DNA of 64,000 bases from Promethearchaeota archaeon (GCA_030599585.1 JAUVNS010000003.1:192001-256000), one strand, 5' to 3'. Positions 18,633 to 29,015 are shown, numbered from the stretch's first letter. A program made the numbers and translations. The notes: generated by a model from the letters alone, not told the origin.

Positions 18633-18959
18633 TTTTTTTCAATTTTTTTTTTATTTTAGAGTAATGGCACTTTGCAAACGAGCTAAATATGTATTCCGCA
18701 CTCTTTAATTCTCTCTTATTACAAATTTTATGACTTGATATTAATATCGTGCCATTATTGTATAAAACAGAACGTTTTGTATTTAAACATTTCGATCAGA
18801 TTTTTATATTCGAAATCAATATATACTATATAGGCTTAAAAAATAATAACATTCCTTACACTATATATTGAAAAATGTTTACGAATATGGTGGAAAATCG
18901 TTCCTATAAAAATAAAATAAGAGTAATGCTAATATCTAAAATGATTTTATAAAGAGGGT

Positions 18960-19616
18960 ATGAAAATTTCATCAGATGTAGAAAGTAATTATGTATTTGA
19001 AGAAGAATGGGATCAATTAATAGCTAAACATAAAATAAGGTCGGACATATGGGCTCTCCTTGAACTTCATCACGAATTGAATGTTACCCAAATTACTCAT
19101 TACGTAGAACAAGGTAAAACTACGGTTGCTCGGCACCTAAAACTAATGGAGAAAGACGGACTTCTTCTATCAAGGTCGCCTAAAAAGGTCATAAAAGGAA
19201 GAATCCCCCCCAAAATCTTTAGGATTAACCCGAAATTTAAAAAAGAAGAGGAAGAAGAGGAGAATTTTTACAAAAAAGTAGTCACTCATTACAGAAAAAC
19301 GGGATATAACGTAAGTAAATTATTGAGTTATTTAGAACCACTGCTTAATCTTCTTGAAAACGAGCTAGATGATCCCGAGAGCGCTAAAACAATCTATGAC
19401 GAATATCTATCCTTTATCCCTGCACCTGTTGTTTTCTATCTTGATAAAAAGCGCGCTGAAGCACTAATGGATATCCATGCGGAATATGTTTTAAAGTTGC
19501 AGAACTTGGCAATGGAAGAAGATTTAAATACGGAGGAGGCTTTTGTTTACTTTGACATTTCATTACCCCTCGCTGCTCTCTTCGAACTAAAAAAAAAAAT
19601 AAAATTAAAGAAATAA
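18960..19616 (+). CDS. winged-HTH (ArsR-like) transcriptional regulator
   Basis: HKIRSDIWALL..ELNVTQI..GKTTVARHLKLMEKDGLL. Confidence 0.85.
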   Translation: MKISSDVESNYVFEEEWDQLIAKHKIRSDIWALLELHHELNVTQITHYVEQGKTTVARHLKLMEKDGLLLSRSPKKVIKGRIPPKIFRINPKFKKEEEEEENFYKKVVTHYRKTGYNVSKLLSYLEPLLNLLENELDDPESAKTIYDEYLSFIPAPVVFYLDKKRAEALMDIHAEYVLKLQNLAMEEDLNTEEAFVYFDISLPLAALFELKKKIKLKK

Positions 19617-19665
19617 TCTTGAAGTGTCTTTATTTAGAGAAGTTTAAAAGAATAGTACTTAATAA

Positions 19666-21102
19666 TTGAGGTTAGAGTTTAACATGTTGCCGATTATCTA
19701 TAACCAAAAATTAAAACAGGCAGAAAATTTCAAAAATAATTGGAATCTCAAAGAAGCCCTCAATATCTTGAATGATTTTGACGAAGAAAAAGTTCTAACT
19801 ACTCATGAACGATTTCAATTTTATTTATTAAAAAGTTCTATTCTACATGATCTTTTCTCTTCAAAAGAAGCTCTCAATTACGCTGAACTCGCGTATAAAG
19901 AAAGTAAAGAATTGAAATCAGATTATGAAATCATTAATTCTCTCATGTTAATGAGTCAAATTTTTGGGGGCACGCTTGAACCAAGTAAATCTGTACAAGT
20001 GATTAATGAGGCTGAGGAAATACTTGCAAGGAACAATCAAAAATCATCACATGAATTTAAAATGATGAAAGGATATGTTTTATTACATAAAGGTTGTTGT
20101 AATTTTGGTTTGGGTAAACTTAACCGTTGTCTAATGTTTCTTGGTGAAGCTTCTCAACTTGCCAAAGACATAAATGATAAAAAGCTAATTTTGCAAACTA
20201 CTAAATGGTTAGGCTTCACGTATGGTGTTAAAGGTGAGAGTGATCTTGCATTAAAATATCAAAAACGATATTTAGCACTAGCTATCGAACTAAACGATAA
20301 ACAAGAAATTATTGGAGCTCATAACACTTTGGGAATGAAGTTTACAGAAAGGGGTGAATTTAAGCGAGCAATAGAACTTTTGGAAAATGGCTTATCGATA
20401 TGTTATGAAATCAACAGTTGGAAGACATTTATCGTAAGTTCTTCCCTTTTTGAAGCTTTCTTAAAATCAAATTCTCTTGAAAAAGCTCAGCAATGTCATA
20501 ATCGAATGGGGGCCCTTGTTAAACAGGGGACTTACAAATTTAACGATTTAATTTATCGTCTTCAAGAAGCTTTATTATTAAAAAAAACCCCTCATAAGAC
20601 TTCTCATTCAAAAGCAGAAAAAATCTTTAAGGAAGTTGCTGATAAAGAAACCACATATATAGAGTTTAAAATTGGCGCTTTAATAAATTTATGCGATCTT
20701 TATTTGACAAGGTTAAAAGAAACTAGCAATTTAAAAGAATTAGATAAGATTCATCCTTATATTGACAAAATACGAACTATTGCTGAAAATGAAGGTGTCC
20801 ATTCACTTCTTGCTGAAATGTACTCATTGCAAGCTAAATTGAGGCTGGTGGTATTTAAATTTAAGGACGCTCAAGAATTACTAGCCTCGGCTCTGAATAT
20901 TGTTGACATACACGGTTTAAAATTGTTAGCTAAACGAATCGAAACTGAGCAGGCTGAATTATCAAAAAATTTTCTCAAATGGGAAAAATTAAAAACCACA
21001 GGAGGAAAAATATCAGAACGAATGAATTTAGCTCGTGTAGATGAACAAATTCAAATATTACTCCAGAAGCGTGATTATTTGAAGAATATTAGTAGTAGCT
21101 GA
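19666..21102 (+). CDS. TPR-repeat protein (start probably ATG 19684)
   Basis: repeated TPR-like units, e.g. AHNTLGMKFTERGEFKRAIELLENGL. Confidence 0.82.
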   Translation: MRLEFNMLPIIYNQKLKQAENFKNNWNLKEALNILNDFDEEKVLTTHERFQFYLLKSSILHDLFSSKEALNYAELAYKESKELKSDYEIINSLMLMSQIFGGTLEPSKSVQVINEAEEILARNNQKSSHEFKMMKGYVLLHKGCCNFGLGKLNRCLMFLGEASQLAKDINDKKLILQTTKWLGFTYGVKGESDLALKYQKRYLALAIELNDKQEIIGAHNTLGMKFTERGEFKRAIELLENGLSICYEINSWKTFIVSSSLFEAFLKSNSLEKAQQCHNRMGALVKQGTYKFNDLIYRLQEALLLKKTPHKTSHSKAEKIFKEVADKETTYIEFKIGALINLCDLYLTRLKETSNLKELDKIHPYIDKIRTIAENEGVHSLLAEMYSLQAKLRLVVFKFKDAQELLASALNIVDIHGLKLLAKRIETEQAELSKNFLKWEKLKTTGGKISERMNLARVDEQIQILLQKRDYLKNISSS

Positions 21103-21234
21103 TTTATTTGAATTTTTCCTTTTAATTTACTACGCAAATATTGTTTCACGATCATAAATGTCGGAATTTCTCCATTTTTTTCTAAAAATCAGCACACCCT
21201 CTTTAATTTATAGTGTAAAAGATTATTTAGATTT

Positions 21235-21996
21235 ATGCTCGAAGCTCGAGTAGACAACTCTTCTATAGAAAAAAAATTAACCGAAACAGCGTATCGTTCC
21301 CATAACTTTAATGTCATACCTCCGGTTATCGGTACTATTATCTCAGATCAGTATGGGAACACTATTACGGTCTTCGAATACGATTCGAATGACGATGATA
21401 ATTATGGGCCCATTAAGTCTTTTTTATCTGAGGATCACAATAATTTATTAGAAATTGACCTGATTTCAATGTATTTGAGCTCATTTAAAATCTTTGCCGG
21501 GCAAGCTAACATAAAGAACCTTTCTCACCTCGAAATTTATGGTTCCAATATTAAAGCTCAAATATACTTTTTACTTGAGAAATATATGGTTATCATGTTT
21601 CTCAATTCAAATACTGATTTAAATTCTAAACAGAGGGCTCAAGTTATCAGATACTGTGAGGAAAAGTTAAATAAATATGAGAATGCATTTAGCAATTTTA
21701 ATAACACAAGTTCTAGAGAAACCTTATCGCTACTGGAACAAAAAGGTAAACGGTGGTTAAAAAAATTCAATACTCGATATATCCAGACTTACAAAAATGT
21801 TTACTTAAGGAAACACGAAACTACTGAGGAATTAATGAATCAATTAGGTCTGATAATTCAAAACGAAATAGACGAATACCTAAACTACGTTCCAGAAGAA
21901 ATAATTAATAATTTTACTAAGGAATTGAAGAACAAAATTCAAGATAAACTCTTTGAAATAAATTTAAACATGCCTGAAAACTTTATAAAAGAGTAA
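21235..21996 (+). CDS. hypothetical protein, longin/roadblock-like N-terminal domain
   Basis: GTIISDQYGNTI hairpin, LISMYLSSFKIFA helix, following beta strands. Confidence 0.5.
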   Translation: MLEARVDNSSIEKKLTETAYRSHNFNVIPPVIGTIISDQYGNTITVFEYDSNDDDNYGPIKSFLSEDHNNLLEIDLISMYLSSFKIFAGQANIKNLSHLEIYGSNIKAQIYFLLEKYMVIMFLNSNTDLNSKQRAQVIRYCEEKLNKYENAFSNFNNTSSRETLSLLEQKGKRWLKKFNTRYIQTYKNVYLRKHETTEELMNQLGLIIQNEIDEYLNYVPEEIINNFTKELKNKIQDKLFEINLNMPENFIKE

Positions 21997-22072
21997 AAGT
22001 AGAAATTATGATCATGGGAGATAATTCTTTACGATTAACTCCAAAGAAACAAAATTAAATAAAAAAAAGTAA

Positions 22073-22981
22073 TTAATCTTTAAGTTTGAATATAATAATT
22101 GCAGCCAAAGCTCTAAGTATATCTTGAAATATATCATCCTCAATTGTTTCTATTTGGCCATAGCTCGCTCCCATTTCGCTTGCCAGAGATAAAATTTCAT
22201 CATAAGGAATTAAGAGATTGTTTCCTATGCCTATAAGTGATAAAGGCAAAGATATTTCTTTTCTAAACTTTCTTCTGACTTTAAATTTTAAATCTGTACT
22301 TTCCCTAAGTTCAATAAAGTATTTCTTAATCATTTCAAAAGAATCCCTATCCTCTGTATTAAACACTAAAAGAACTCCTGCCACCCCTTTATAAAATTTG
22401 GGTCTTATAGATGCAAATCGTTCTTTTTTAGAAATATCCCAGATAGCAAGGCTAGTCAAGGATTTATCATAATTTTCGGTTAATTTTGTATAAAATGAAA
22501 CACCAATTATATCCCTTTCTGGGCCTGTTCCATGCTTATTAAGAATACTTGGGAGATAGTCAGATTGTTCTTCTGTTAAACCAAGAATTATTATTTTTAA
22601 TTGATTATCATACTTTCTTCCCCATTCTCTAAAACTAGTTAAAAACTTTTCATATCTATAGATTTTTTTCCGTAAATCGTATAATTGGCTGCGTTCTTTA
22701 CTTGTGAGAGTCATTCCTAAGACTCGACGTAGAACAGCTTCTGCCTGCCCTGGACTTATTGTCATTTCATACTTTTTACTGATTTGTTTTGATAATTCTT
22801 CCAAATCAAGTTCTTTAGTTACTTTTTCACTGGAGAATTCAATCTTTCTTAAAAAATTTAATAAGTCATTTAGCTGCTTTTCCCTTAACAATAATGTTTT
22901 ATTGCTCATTTTCACCCTCCTGTTTTTTTTGAAATGTCCATTTTTATTATTGACGTCCAATGTGACAATGGACGCTTTCAT
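22073..22981 (-). CDS. Rab/Ras-like small-GTPase-domain protein with degenerate motifs (probable start 22909)
   Basis: IIGVSFYTK, IWDISKKERF.SIRPKFYKG..GVLLVFN; SD GGAGGGTGA just before ATG 22909. Confidence 0.75.
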   Translation of the reverse strand: MKASIVTLDVNNKNGHFKKNRRVKMSNKTLLLREKQLNDLLNFLRKIEFSSEKVTKELDLEELSKQISKKYEMTISPGQAEAVLRRVLGMTLTSKERSQLYDLRKKIYRYEKFLTSFREWGRKYDNQLKIIILGLTEEQSDYLPSILNKHGTGPERDIIGVSFYTKLTENYDKSLTSLAIWDISKKERFASIRPKFYKGVAGVLLVFNTEDRDSFEMIKKYFIELRESTDLKFKVRRKFRKEISLPLSLIGIGNNLLIPYDEILSLASEMGASYGQIETIEDDIFQDILRALAAIIIFKLKD

Positions 22982-23128
22982 TTTTAAATGTTTGTATTAA
23001 AAAACAATTATAAAAATATCACAATTTTTTGTACCAGAGTTATTTAGCATCTAATAAAGAAGATTTATTACTAATTTCAAGTATAGATATACTAATTAAA
23101 AAAATAAATAGATAATAGGGTTATTAGA

Positions 23129-24007
23129 ATGGGATTAGGATCAGTAAAAGTTAGGGGGAAGAAATTCAATGTAGAAGAAATGCTAGGACTTATTAAACTT
23201 GATATAAATCACATGGAAATCGAAGAAATTACTGAGATTAAAGGGCTAAATAAGCTAAAAAATCTTACCTCTTTGGATCTTTCGAACAATAATATTAAAG
23301 ATTTTAGCGGTTTGGAGGAATTACCAAACCTTCAACAGTTACATTTTAGCAACAATCAGTTTAAAGTGATAGAAGGACTCGATACTTTGACTAAACTCGA
23401 TCGTATTTTCCTCAGTGGAAATCAGATTACCGAACTGAAAGGATTTGAAAGTCTGAGCAACTTGATATGGTTAGAAGTTAATAATAACAAAATTACTGAG
23501 ATTAAAGGATTAGACTCTATAACTAATCTCATCAAGTTAACTCTTATAGGAAATCAAATAAAGGAAATAAAAGGTTTAGAAAAACTCTCTAATCTTGTAG
23601 CCTTGGACCTTAATCGCAACCAGATAACAGAAATCAAAAATTTGGAATCATTAACGAGTCTAGAGCGCTTATTTCTTGCCTACAACGAAATTAAGGAGAT
23701 CAAAGGGCTAGAGACACTGACTAAACTTACTGTTTTATATCTTAACAATAATAATTTAACGAAAATTAAAAATTTGGAATCGCTCGTAAATCTCGAAACG
23801 TTATATCTTGATACGAATAAGATTTCTAGTTTAGATAATTTAGAAAGTTTGGAAAAACTTGAAAAACTTAAACTTTTATATCTTAATTTCAATCCAATAG
23901 AAGGAGAAGAAAAACAATTTGCGACAGATGTCCAGGACTTTGAAGGAGTCAAGGTAAAAGAATTTTTAGAGTCCTACAAGAAGTGGAAACAAGAAAATGG
24001 AAAATAG
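23129..24007 (+). CDS. leucine-rich repeat protein (SDS22-like, 22-aa units)
   Basis: about 10 LxxLxLxxNxIxxIxGL repeats. Confidence 0.95.
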   Translation: MGLGSVKVRGKKFNVEEMLGLIKLDINHMEIEEITEIKGLNKLKNLTSLDLSNNNIKDFSGLEELPNLQQLHFSNNQFKVIEGLDTLTKLDRIFLSGNQITELKGFESLSNLIWLEVNNNKITEIKGLDSITNLIKLTLIGNQIKEIKGLEKLSNLVALDLNRNQITEIKNLESLTSLERLFLAYNEIKEIKGLETLTKLTVLYLNNNNLTKIKNLESLVNLETLYLDTNKISSLDNLESLEKLEKLKLLYLNFNPIEGEEKQFATDVQDFEGVKVKEFLESYKKWKQENGK

Positions 24008-24184
24008 CACGCTTTTAACGATAAAAAGGATACTCGCTTAATTTTTCCGATATTATTTCTTCACTTTCAATAAATTTTTAAATAGATTAAGGTCTAAATC
24101 GTTTTTCTTCTCAGAAATAAACTAATTCACTTTGAAATAAAAAAGTTAATATGAGTGAAGTGTTTAAAATTAATTTAAAACTGA

Positions 24185-24577
24185 ATGGTTCAAATTATTA
24201 TGTATCAAGTTGAAAAAATTGGCGACACCTGCTTCTTAATAAAGGCAACAGGTACCTTTCCTCCACCAGTAGCGGAAAAATTTATAAAAGAATTTAAGGA
24301 ATTAACTAAGGATGTCAACGAAAATTTGAGCATAATCGTAGACATTACCGATGCTATTCTTTTAAGCATAGATTCAATTGATATTATATTAGAACTCTTA
24401 AAGAGTGATAACGAAAGACTTTTTAGATCTGCTTTCATAATTGAAAAAAATCCTGTTTTAACCGAAGAATTTAGATATCTTTTAGATCATGCAAAATCCC
24501 CTAAAAGAAAAATTGTTTCCAACCTCGAGGAAGCTAAAGAATGGATTGGCATTGATAAAGTCGTGGTTAAAAAGTAG
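24185..24577 (+). CDS. STAS/SEC14 (SpoIIAA-like) domain protein
   Basis: IIVDITD and terminal VSNLEEAKEWI pattern. Confidence 0.65.
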   Translation: MVQIIMYQVEKIGDTCFLIKATGTFPPPVAEKFIKEFKELTKDVNENLSIIVDITDAILLSIDSIDIILELLKSDNERLFRSAFIIEKNPVLTEEFRYLLDHAKSPKRKIVSNLEEAKEWIGIDKVVVKK

Positions 24578-24605
24578 ATTTGAAATGTTTTTTTATTTTG
24601 GATTA

Positions 24606-25406
24606 TTAATTAAAGGCTAACCTTTTTTTACACAATTCAACAGCTTTTGGATTGTTATCCACACCAATCCATTTCCTGCCTAACTTTTTAGCAGCAGATA
24701 TTGTCGTTCCAGAACCACAAAAGAAATCAGCAATAATATCTCCTTCGTTGGAGGAGGATAAAATTATCCTTCTCAGGAGTTTTTCCGGTTTTTGTGTAGG
24801 GTAACCGAGATATTCTTTAGATCTTGTTGTAGTCTGAAAGGAATATATATCATTCCAAACATCACCAACTAGCGTTCCAGGGCTTTCGTCTAAGTATTGT
24901 TTACCTCCTCTTCGTTTCCGATAGATACGTCCTTTCTCATCTTTATGTCTAAACATTTTTTTAATATAGTCCTCTCTATAAGGTAAATATTGTTTGTTAA
25001 ATGTGAACGAGTCAGATTTCGTATAATATAGTATCGTATCGTGTTGACGTACCCATCCTTTTATTTGGCTTTTGAATCCTGAAACACTCCCTACGTTCCA
25101 AATAATCTCTCTTCGAAATTTTTTTTTCCCAAATATTTTATCACATAAGGGTTTTAAGTCAAAAATCGCACTTGCATCGCAATGTAAATAAAAATTACCC
25201 GTTTCCTTAAGAATTCGATGCATTTCCTTAATCCTAGGACACATAAAATCTAAATATTCATCAATTGAACCCCAAATATCAGAAAACTCTTTATAATCGA
25301 CCCCACTATAAAAGGGTGGATCTATATAAATAAGATCAATAAAATCTGTATTCATTTTTTGCATAAAGTCTAAGTTTTCGGCGAAATAGACTGTATCTAA
25401 CTTCAT
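24606..25406 (-). CDS. DNA amino-methyltransferase (N6A/N4C, beta class)
   Basis: IYIDPPF (motif IV) before YPTQKP and DFFCGSGT (motif I). Confidence 0.93.
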   Translation of the reverse strand: MKLDTVYFAENLDFMQKMNTDFIDLIYIDPPFYSGVDYKEFSDIWGSIDEYLDFMCPRIKEMHRILKETGNFYLHCDASAIFDLKPLCDKIFGKKKFRREIIWNVGSVSGFKSQIKGWVRQHDTILYYTKSDSFTFNKQYLPYREDYIKKMFRHKDEKGRIYRKRRGGKQYLDESPGTLVGDVWNDIYSFQTTTRSKEYLGYPTQKPEKLLRRIILSSSNEGDIIADFFCGSGTTISAAKKLGRKWIGVDNNPKAVELCKKRLAFN

Positions 25407-25444
25407 GTGAAAATTAAATATGAACTAGTATTATTACAATTACT

Positions 25445-25828
25445 ATGGAGAAAGAAAGGTTAAATAAGAATTTCTTGGACGAATTCAGTGATTATGATTT
25501 CTCGAGAATCAAGGAAACTAAAATCTTTCTAGTTGGGTCAATTCGTTTTAGGGATTACTTCATCAAAATTGAATCGATTTTACAAATAAAATATAAAAAA
25601 CTTGTTTCAGTCTGCTCTGTTGATGGGTTGTTAAACAAAGAAAAATTTAATAGGAAAGAATGGGATAAATTGCAAGAAATTGCTTTAAGAAAGTTAAGCG
25701 ATCAAGAGGGAATATTAGTTTTAGATGTTGAGAACTATATTGGTAAGCAATCAAGAGAAGAAATCGATTATTTTAACGAAATTCTTAAAAAACCTGTTTA
25801 TTATTTATCAGATCTTAAAGACTCTTGA
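25445..25828 (+). CDS. small flavodoxin-like protein, possibly nucleoside 2-deoxyribosyltransferase-like
   Basis: IFLVGSIRF, ILVLDVENYIGKQSREEIDY..KPVYY. Confidence 0.5.
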   Translation: MEKERLNKNFLDEFSDYDFSRIKETKIFLVGSIRFRDYFIKIESILQIKYKKLVSVCSVDGLLNKEKFNRKEWDKLQEIALRKLSDQEGILVLDVENYIGKQSREEIDYFNEILKKPVYYLSDLKDS

Positions 25829-25990
25829 TTGAAACTTTTCTTCTTTGGAAGATATACACTTACCAGCCTTAATTACATTTATAAATCAATAATTTTGTAA
25901 ACTCGTGTTTTATTAATGTTTGGAATAGAATCTAAACATAATCAATTCGATTTGAAAATTTAACGATAAATTAAACGGGGTATAACCAAA

Positions 25991-26971
25991 ATGGAATTGT
26001 TCCAAGTATTTTGGGACGAACAAAAGAATCTTTTCTTAGAATTTGAAAAGAACGATGAAGAACAAGTTCTTTTTCTTCCTGAGAAAATTATTCGTGTGAA
26101 TTTTCAATTTGAAATGTCAAAGATTGTTAAACACGAAATTTATTATAAGCAATCCCCAACTTTAATTTCGATAAAAAAATTTTACCACGCAACAGATCGA
26201 TTAGGATTTTCAATAGAATTAGATGAGATCCAAGGTTTTTCCGACATCCAAATCAAAATTTTAAGACTAACTTTTTTCTTAAACTCCGGTCATAAAGTTG
26301 AGTATACTTATACGGAAAAATTTAATTTCTCCGATATTTGGGTTAACGATGACTGTTATGACGGGTTTGAATACATAGACTTACGCGGAAGCAGAAATCA
26401 AAGAACAAAAGTAACTCAAGAAAGAGTAATACACGCCGTAAAAACAGATTTTAATCAAAATACTGAGGAGAGAACCACAATCTACGAGAAAAGAAGTATT
26501 GAAAACATCTCAGTGGACAACTCATTACTTTCATTGATTGGTGAGAATAATAAAACGCTAAAAAGTATAGAACACCATTTAAAAAATCTCTCATTAACAT
26601 TACAAAACTTACCAATGAATTCGATACTTTCTGGACCCCCCGTAAGAACACCGCAAAGAATTCAGGGGCCGGGTATTGAAAGGATAAAAAGAACAGAGCT
26701 TCCCTCTCTTATTAGGGGAAGAGGGTCCTCTGCAAAAGTATTAGTAATAAAAGAAATGAAGGCTAAATTCAAGGAAACAACTGAAAAAAACCAAGGTTTT
26801 AGTGTTCAAGATTTTTTAAAACCAATGGGGGAAGCTGAGCTCAAAGCTATCACATTGAACGACGAGGAATTAATGGAGCGAGAAGAGAAAGCAATTCAAA
26901 ACCAAATTAAAAGGTTTGAAAAGCTACAAGAACAAGAAATTAAACTATTAGAACTTAAGGCACCTAAATAA
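25991..26971 (+). CDS. hypothetical protein with Pro-rich linker and coiled-coil tail
   Basis: 326-aa ORF; SGPPVRTP segment; charged helical C-terminus. Confidence 0.65.
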   Translation: MELFQVFWDEQKNLFLEFEKNDEEQVLFLPEKIIRVNFQFEMSKIVKHEIYYKQSPTLISIKKFYHATDRLGFSIELDEIQGFSDIQIKILRLTFFLNSGHKVEYTYTEKFNFSDIWVNDDCYDGFEYIDLRGSRNQRTKVTQERVIHAVKTDFNQNTEERTTIYEKRSIENISVDNSLLSLIGENNKTLKSIEHHLKNLSLTLQNLPMNSILSGPPVRTPQRIQGPGIERIKRTELPSLIRGRGSSAKVLVIKEMKAKFKETTEKNQGFSVQDFLKPMGEAELKAITLNDEELMEREEKAIQNQIKRFEKLQEQEIKLLELKAPK

Positions 26972-27086
26972 ATTAATATTCCTATTCCTCGAACATCTGA
27001 GTTTTTACTAGTTTCATTATAAATCTTTAATTAATTTCAATAATTAAGTTAAAATGGGATATAAAACTCAATGGTGAAATAAAAAA

Positions 27087-27863
27087 ATTTTATTAAATTA
27101 TTTTATCGGTACAGCTGGTAGCGGGAAAAGTTCTCTTACGGGATTGTTTAAGGATTATGTTACTAAAAGAGATACTGAGATTTCAGCAATTACGCTAAAT
27201 CTTGATCCTGGTGTGAAATCTATGCCTTATACTCCTGATATTGACATCAGAGATTTTATAGTTCTCGAAGAAGTGATGACCGAGTACGAATTAGGGCCGA
27301 ATGGTGCTATGATCTTAGCATCTGATTTGATGGTTAACTTTTTAGATGATCTGAAGTTTGAAATCGATGAATACAATCCCGATTGGGTATTTGTGGACAC
27401 TGCAGGACAACTTGAACTTTTTGCATTTAGAGAGACGGGACCTTTAATAGCAAGTTCGTTAGGTTTTGGATCAATTCAAAAGGCTGTTTCATTCCTATTT
27501 GATTCGAATCTTGCGCGGAGACCTAATGGCTTCATTTCCACGTTACTTTTAGCCGCTTCTGTTCAGTTTAGGTTTAGAAATATATCACAGATTAATGTAT
27601 TATCAAAAGTAGATTTGTTAAGTGAAGACCAAATTGAAATGATAGTTAATTGGAGTCAAGACTTTCAAGCCTTGGAGGATTCAACGAATGAAAGGGAAAG
27701 TGGTTTAATAAGAGAGTTATCTATGCTAATATCAGACGTGTTCATTCAATTAGGATCTACATCTGAGTTAATTCCTTGCTCCATTAAAGAAGAGCAAGGT
27801 TTAGATTTGCTTTTTGCCTATTATCAACGCATCTTTGCTTCGGATAAATCAAGTTTTTATTGA
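27087..27863 (+). CDS. GPN-loop GTPase (extended 5' of the track's 27144 start)
   Basis: in-frame GTAGSGKS from 27108, NLDPG, LGPNG, DTAGQ, SKVD. Confidence 0.9.
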   Translation: MLLNYFIGTAGSGKSSLTGLFKDYVTKRDTEISAITLNLDPGVKSMPYTPDIDIRDFIVLEEVMTEYELGPNGAMILASDLMVNFLDDLKFEIDEYNPDWVFVDTAGQLELFAFRETGPLIASSLGFGSIQKAVSFLFDSNLARRPNGFISTLLLAASVQFRFRNISQINVLSKVDLLSEDQIEMIVNWSQDFQALEDSTNERESGLIRELSMLISDVFIQLGSTSELIPCSIKEEQGLDLLFAYYQRIFASDKSSFY

Positions 27864-27917
27864 TTTGCTTTATTTAATTATTAAAAAAAATTATAAAATA
27901 TTGAAGGGAGCTAAAAC

Positions 27918-29015
27918 GTGAAAATAATTGGTCCTTGTGCGGGAATTGGCTCGCGATTACGACCATTTACATTGAGTAAACCAAAGACTTTCATAAGGGT
28001 TGCGGGTAAAACTGTTCTCGAACATATCCTTAATAAATTTGGTGACACATTCGATTCAGAAACAGAGTTAATTTTAATTGTAGGCTATAAAAAAAGACAA
28101 ATCACAGAATTTGTTAAACAAAAATATCATGATAAGTTTAAATTAACTTTTATAGAGCAAATACCACGAGGATACAACGATGATGTACCATTTTACTGGG
28201 GATTGGGCGAAGCGGTGTATTTAGCTAGTTCAAGATTCGAAGAATTCAGCAATCCGAGTAAAGAAGCCAATAAGCGTAACGGGTCTTTACTTTTTTTAGC
28301 TGATATGATACCCATTGATGATTACTCTTATTTAATGTATAGATATTATGAATCTGATGTGGATGGAATAATCACGGTTATGGAAGTACCAAACGAAGAC
28401 GCAAGCTCCTATGGTGTTGTCGTCGTCGATAGCAATTCACTTATTCAGAAGTTAGTAGAAAAACCAAAAGATTTTGTTTCTAATTTAGCAATTGCTGGCA
28501 TTTACGCTTTTTCTAATTCAGCCACTAAAGCTCTTTTTGACATACTAAAGGGTTATTTAGATAAAAGAACTGACAATTCAAAAGAAGTTTACTTAACTGA
28601 AAGTCTACAGGACTTAATAGATAGTGGATTTAAAATTGCTGCTGTTAATTTAAAGAAAGGTATTTTAGATTTTGGAAGGCCTTCTGAAGTATTAAACGGT
28701 AATAGATACCTATTAGAACAACACTCTGTCAAAAAAGAATCATTTCCTGAATTAAACATATCAATTGATAAGTCATTCATAAAAAATCCTGTTCACATTG
28801 GAAAGAATACATCAATTATTCATTCGGTTATTGGTCCTTATGTTTCAATAGGAGCCAACTCTAGAATAGAAAAATGTATCCTTGAGAATTGTGTTGTTGA
28901 AAGTGAAGCAACGCTAAAAAATGTGATATCAGAAAATTCAATCATAGGTAGTAATGTTAAAGTTGATAATATTAGCAAAAATAACTTAATAATTGGAGAT
29001 AAAAGCATTTATTAA
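27918..29015 (+). CDS. sugar-1-phosphate nucleotidyltransferase with left-handed beta-helix tail
   Basis: AGIGSRLRP..PK, LVEKP, hexapeptide repeats at C-terminus. Confidence 0.92.
   Translation: MKIIGPCAGIGSRLRPFTLSKPKTFIRVAGKTVLEHILNKFGDTFDSETELILIVGYKKRQITEFVKQKYHDKFKLTFIEQIPRGYNDDVPFYWGLGEAVYLASSRFEEFSNPSKEANKRNGSLLFLADMIPIDDYSYLMYRYYESDVDGIITVMEVPNEDASSYGVVVVDSNSLIQKLVEKPKDFVSNLAIAGIYAFSNSATKALFDILKGYLDKRTDNSKEVYLTESLQDLIDSGFKIAAVNLKKGILDFGRPSEVLNGNRYLLEQHSVKKESFPELNISIDKSFIKNPVHIGKNTSIIHSVIGPYVSIGANSRIEKCILENCVVESEATLKNVISENSIIGSNVKVDNISKNNLIIGDKSIY

Noticed and set aside
23200-23900. Nucleotide-level near-repeats (e.g. ATTACTGAGATTAAAGG; AAAAATTTGGAATC)
   Set aside because: Explained by LRR coding repeats; not CRISPR or a DGR template/variable pair, and no reverse transcriptase nearby
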